Shown here: positions 52,160 to 56,348 of the stretch, piece by piece
How positions within the stretch are numbered: the first letter of the stretch is position 1
Layout of the letters: each line of letters begins with the position of its first letter
Assembly: GCA_038327005.1 (NCBI GenBank)
Contig: JBBQKO010000001.1
Span: 1-56,348 of the forward strand
Direction: 5' to 3'
DNA length: 56,348 nucleotides
Source of the DNA: Chitinophagales bacterium
Lineage (GTDB): Bacteria; Bacteroidota; Bacteroidia; Chitinophagales; Chitinophagaceae
Made by a program: the position numbers and the translations under genes
The notes under the pieces: model-generated
Told to the model about the DNA's origin: nothing
The model's input: only the letters and a program-made list of their open reading frames with translations
The model's database searches: none

Positions 52160-54385
52160 TTACTCTTCTTCTTTTTCTAATCCTTTAATAGGTATTAAAA
52201 CTTCTTTAAACTTGTGGTAGTTCACTTTTACACCATCGTCTAAATTAATACTGATTTTTTAGGTGGCAATGTTGAACAATGTTTTTTCATACTCCCTGCA
52301 ATCTTTCAGCATTAGTTCCTGCTTATCTATTTCTTTAATCGCTACTGTTTTTTCACGGGCCGAAATATCTTCCCGCAAACTCAACATGGTTTGTGTTTGC
52401 CTGGCTGCTTCAAGTTTGCTGATAAAAGCCTGTAAGTAATCGTTGAGTAGTTTGCAGCACAAATCCGGCTGGTAGCGATGCATGTAAATGAGAGCTTTGA
52501 AATGCCCTTTTGGACTGCTGAACATCCAGTAAATAGGCCGCTTTTTATATCGCTTAATATGATCGTTGTAAAAGTCTTTTACAAAGTATTTGCGGATGTC
52601 TTTACCAATGGTATCTTCTATGTATTGGAGGTTTTCTTCAAAATGCTCGTTTCCAAAAGCAGCTTTCAGAAACACTTTGAACCTGCCGACTATATCATCA
52701 TTAAACCATTCTGCATCCAATACCGGAATTATATTGTCTTCATCTGGAATGAAGGAAGGATTGGGAACTTGGGTTAAAAAATCTTGCAATGTTTCACCTT
52801 GGTTGGCTAAGATTAGCCTTGGTTTATCAAAACCGTAGCGACCGAATATGCAACCGGTAGAATAGCTCAATAACTGCAACAATACTGGAATAGGATCAAT
52901 AAACAATTTGCCATTGACAATTTTACTTTCTTCTTGTAAAACAGTAATTTCTTGAAAAGGTACTTGAGGCGTTAATTCTTCAGTCAAACCATAAATTTCA
53001 ATAAACTGCAGATTCAGTGCTTCTTCATTGAAGTGTAGCTCGTAGAATTTTTCAGACCAGTAATTTATAAAGTCTTCAAGAGCTAATAATATTTTGCTTT
53101 TATTTTGCTTAATCAGTTCATTTTGTTTAAAGTTCCATGATAATTCCCTTGAATCCCAATCAAGTTTTGCAATGATAATTGCCTTATTTACAAGGTTAAT
53201 AAACTCTTCATTTATTAAATTTCGGTTCAATGGCATATTACGAAAATCCCCTGTTTGAAAATGCAATGTTGGATTTAAAACTTCAGAATAATTTTTAGAA
53301 AACTGAGTATTAATTAAACCAAGAATGGCAAGCTGTTCCTCTCTCTTTTTAAAAAATGCACTTGTCCCTGATCCATCGAATAAAAAGCCTTGTTCATTAA
53401 AACGAGATGAAAGAAATCCTGAAGTAATATCTGACCAAGTAATTGATGATTCGAAAATATGATCTAAATTAAAGTTATGTGCCCAAATTCTTTTCCCAGT
53501 AGGATGTAATGTTTTCTGCAATTGTTCCCCATCATTATACCAATCAACGATATGCTCATTGTTTCCTTACCATTTTCTAAACCTACCACCTTTAGAATAT
53601 GGAAACCATTTGAGCTTGCTTTCTTTTGCTGAAATTCTATTTTTATAATTAAACCCAATGGACTTATAAGAACTCTCATGCCATAATCTTACATAAATAG
53701 CATTATTACCAGTAGCTAATCCCATACGAGTCTCAGCTATTTTACCAATGGTTCTAAAGAACCTATTATCACTAAGGTTTTAGTCACTATCCAATATCCA
53801 ATTTGGCTACCAGGTATTTTTTCAAAAGCTCCTTGATACTCTTTATAAAACCATCCGCAGTTTGGGTTTTGAATAGCTTCTAAAGTTTTTGGCGCCTGGT
53901 TTTCTGATCCTTTGAAATCACTTAGTCGAACGTAACTTCCCTTTCCGTCAATGATGGGTTTGTTTCGTATCGTAAAAGTGCAAACTGGTACTGTTGCACT
54001 ATCAAATCCAGAATATTCTAACTGACTAAGATTATTGATAAAATGATTATCAATAATGTTTACACGAAGCTTGTCATAACTTGAAATAAACATCCAAACA
54101 AAAGGAGTCATATAGCCTGTAAAGCCATCTTCGTTGCATAATTCCAAACATCGAATGATGAAAGTAGAAAACAAATCAGATTTTGTATGAGGATAGTTGG
54201 ATTCTACAAATTGCTAAACCGATCCTTCCATTCTGGAAGAAGAAATATATGGAGGGTTAGTAACTACACAGTCGTATCGTTGCCCAAGCAAAGTATAAAG
54301 CTGTTTTAGTTTTAGTTGTCTGTCCGCAAATACAAAGCCTTTATCAACCTTTACATTTTCAATTTCTGTTGGTTCAACATTCACC
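52160..54385 (-). pseudogene. pglX: BREX-1 adenine methyltransferase PglX, 5'-truncated and multiply disrupted
   Basis: VVTNPPY, WMF.SSY..LR, YKKRPIYW.FSS, ALIYMHRY, LDDGVKVNY; in-frame stops (~54214, 52259) and frameshifts (53464-53740). Confidence 0.9.
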
Positions 54386-54421
54386 TAAAAAACCAATGCT
54401 TTACAATTACCCATTAAAAAA

Positions 54422-56164
54422 TTATATCCTCGCCTGGTAAGTAAACAGTTCGTAATAGCGTCCTTTTTTAGCAATCAGTTCATCGTGGTTGCCTCTTTCT
54501 GCAATTTGGCCGGCTTCTATTACCAGTATCTGGTTGGCCTTGCGGATGGTGCTGAGGCGGTGGGCAATTACAAAAGTGGTTCGGCCCTGCATCAATGCAT
54601 TCAAACTTTCCTGGATCAGGGCTTCACTTTCAGTATCAAGGCTGGAGGTGGCTTCATCTAACAAGATGATTTTTGGGTCGGCCAGTATCGCTCTTGCAAT
54701 GGCAATTCGTTGGCGTTGTCCACCTGAGAGTTTGATGCCACGCTCGCCAATAACGGTATCAAGGCCCAGTTCAAAGCGGTCGGTAAATTCATTCACGTAG
54801 GCGGAGCTAACGGCTTTTGCCAATCGCTCTTCGCCGGCTTGCGGACGTGCAAATAAAATGTTTTCACGAATGGTGCCTTCAAACAGAAAATCGTCTTGCA
54901 ATACAACGCCCAGGTTTTTTCGGTACTCACTCAACGTTACTTTACTTAAATTAATTCCATCGATGGTGATGGTGCCCGAGTCGGGCGTAATGAAGGAGGC
55001 GGCAAGACTGGCGATGGTTGTTTTGCCGGAACCGGAACTGCCTACCAATGCCGTAACTGAGCCGGAAGGTGCATCAAAGCTGATGCTCTTTACTACTTCT
55101 TTTCCATGCTCGTAGGAGAAGGTAACCTGCTCAAATTTGATATCGCCTTTTATAGCAGGTAATTGGATGGTTCTGGTAAGGTCATTGTTTTCAGGGGCCA
55201 TATTCATAATCTCCTGGGTTCTGTCCAATCCGGCAAATGCCTCGGTAAGCTGGCTGCCGATATTACTCATTTGCACAATGGGCGCAATCATAAAACCAAG
55301 GTAAAGCGTAAACGAAATAAACTCGCCAAAAGTAAGCGTGTTATGGATGATCATGTAACCACCAATGCCCATAATGCCCGCCGAAGCCAAACCCAATAGC
55401 AGCGTTGCCGAGCTGGTGATAATGGCAGTGGAAGTAAGACTCTTTTTTACGTTTTGAAACAATTGCTCTACGCCTTTTTCAAAAGTCTTGTTCTCCTGTT
55501 CCTCTGCATTGAAGCCCTTTATTACCCGTACCCCATTGATGGACTCTGTCAATCGTCCCGTTACGTCGGCATTGATAACGCCCCTCATTTTAAAAATGGG
55601 TCTTATGTAAGTAAATGCTTTTGCGGCCACTACCGCAAATATTGCTACCGGCACCAACACATAAAAAGTCATCATCGGGCTAATTTGTATCAGTAATACC
55701 AGCGAAATAACCGCCGTGATCAGGCCACCAATTAACTGAACCAATCCGGTGCCAACGAGATTTCGTACGCCTTCCACATCGTTCATGATACGGCTCACCA
55801 GCGCACCCGATTTGTTGTTGTCAAAATAACTAATGGGCAGCGAGAGTATTTTTTTCTGCACCTTAATTCTTAGTTGAGAGATGAGGTGCTGTGCCTCTAC
55901 ACTCAAAATTTTTGTAAGCATATACGAAGTAACCGACTGCACGATGATGGATCCGGCAACCACTGCTATCAGCACTTTAAGCATGTGCAGATCCTTTTTT
56001 ACAATCACATCGTCCAGCAGGTATTTGGTAGCACCGGGTAATATCAGGCTCGCCAGTCTGCTAATTACAATCAGCAGTAATCCTACAAAAACGATTTTTC
56101 TGCGTGGCCAGATAAATTCTTTGAAAGCCTGCTTTAGGGTAACGGACTGTTTAGCTTCACTCAT
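54422..56164 (-). CDS. ABC transporter, fused permease/ATPase (MsbA-like exporter)
   Basis: TM domain, GSSGSGKT, LSGGQRQR, DEATSSLD, IAHRLST; TACCTTTG promoter at 56189-56196. Confidence 0.95.
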   Translation of the reverse strand: MSEAKQSVTLKQAFKEFIWPRRKIVFVGLLLIVISRLASLILPGATKYLLDDVIVKKDLHMLKVLIAVVAGSIIVQSVTSYMLTKILSVEAQHLISQLRIKVQKKILSLPISYFDNNKSGALVSRIMNDVEGVRNLVGTGLVQLIGGLITAVISLVLLIQISPMMTFYVLVPVAIFAVVAAKAFTYIRPIFKMRGVINADVTGRLTESINGVRVIKGFNAEEQENKTFEKGVEQLFQNVKKSLTSTAIITSSATLLLGLASAGIMGIGGYMIIHNTLTFGEFISFTLYLGFMIAPIVQMSNIGSQLTEAFAGLDRTQEIMNMAPENNDLTRTIQLPAIKGDIKFEQVTFSYEHGKEVVKSISFDAPSGSVTALVGSSGSGKTTIASLAASFITPDSGTITIDGINLSKVTLSEYRKNLGVVLQDDFLFEGTIRENILFARPQAGEERLAKAVSSAYVNEFTDRFELGLDTVIGERGIKLSGGQRQRIAIARAILADPKIILLDEATSSLDTESEALIQESLNALMQGRTTFVIAHRLSTIRKANQILVIEAGQIAERGNHDELIAKKGRYYELFTYQARI

Positions 56165-56348
56165 TGCACTTTATTTTTTTAATGAGTGCAAAGGTAAGGT
56201 TTGGGTAAAGTTTGTTTTATGATTGTTGTAAGATGGTGATGATGAATTTACTAATTTCCCTAAATAACTATATAACAGAACAGCAGATGGAATAGCAAGC
56301 CCTTTTAAAACACTTTCTTATTTACACCGGAAATTTGCAACAACCCCA

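Overview
Chromosomal window from a Bacteroidota genome (TAnnTTTG promoters and gene content suggest Chitinophagaceae). The first ~14 kb is core: an RDD/SpoIIM/DUF4129/DUF4350/MoxR/DUF58 cluster, truB, a BamA/TamA-family OMP, TrmH, a LolC/E permease, a DUF5103 T9SS-plug-type gene and the SRP RNA. The rest is accessory DNA with many decayed genes. The best candidate for an undescribed system is an intact, AT-rich, translationally coupled four-gene island between katE and msrA (27746-32215): C5-cytosine methyltransferase, MORC/GHKL-ATPase-histidine-kinase fusion, atypical receiver protein, and a small caspase/gingipain-like (clan CD) His-Cys protein, with no restriction nuclease. Also notable: a LysR-icd-DUF6671-tsaC-pyrC cluster that may be CO2/bicarbonate-linked, a ruined BREX-1 locus (pglX, pglZ) holding an intact hipBST-like toxin-antitoxin module with three operators spaced exactly 41 bp apart, a MITE-like palindromic element that supplies the DUF58 N-terminus, and an unlisted 42-aa lipoprotein. 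All family calls come from motif recognition by eye; no searches were run.
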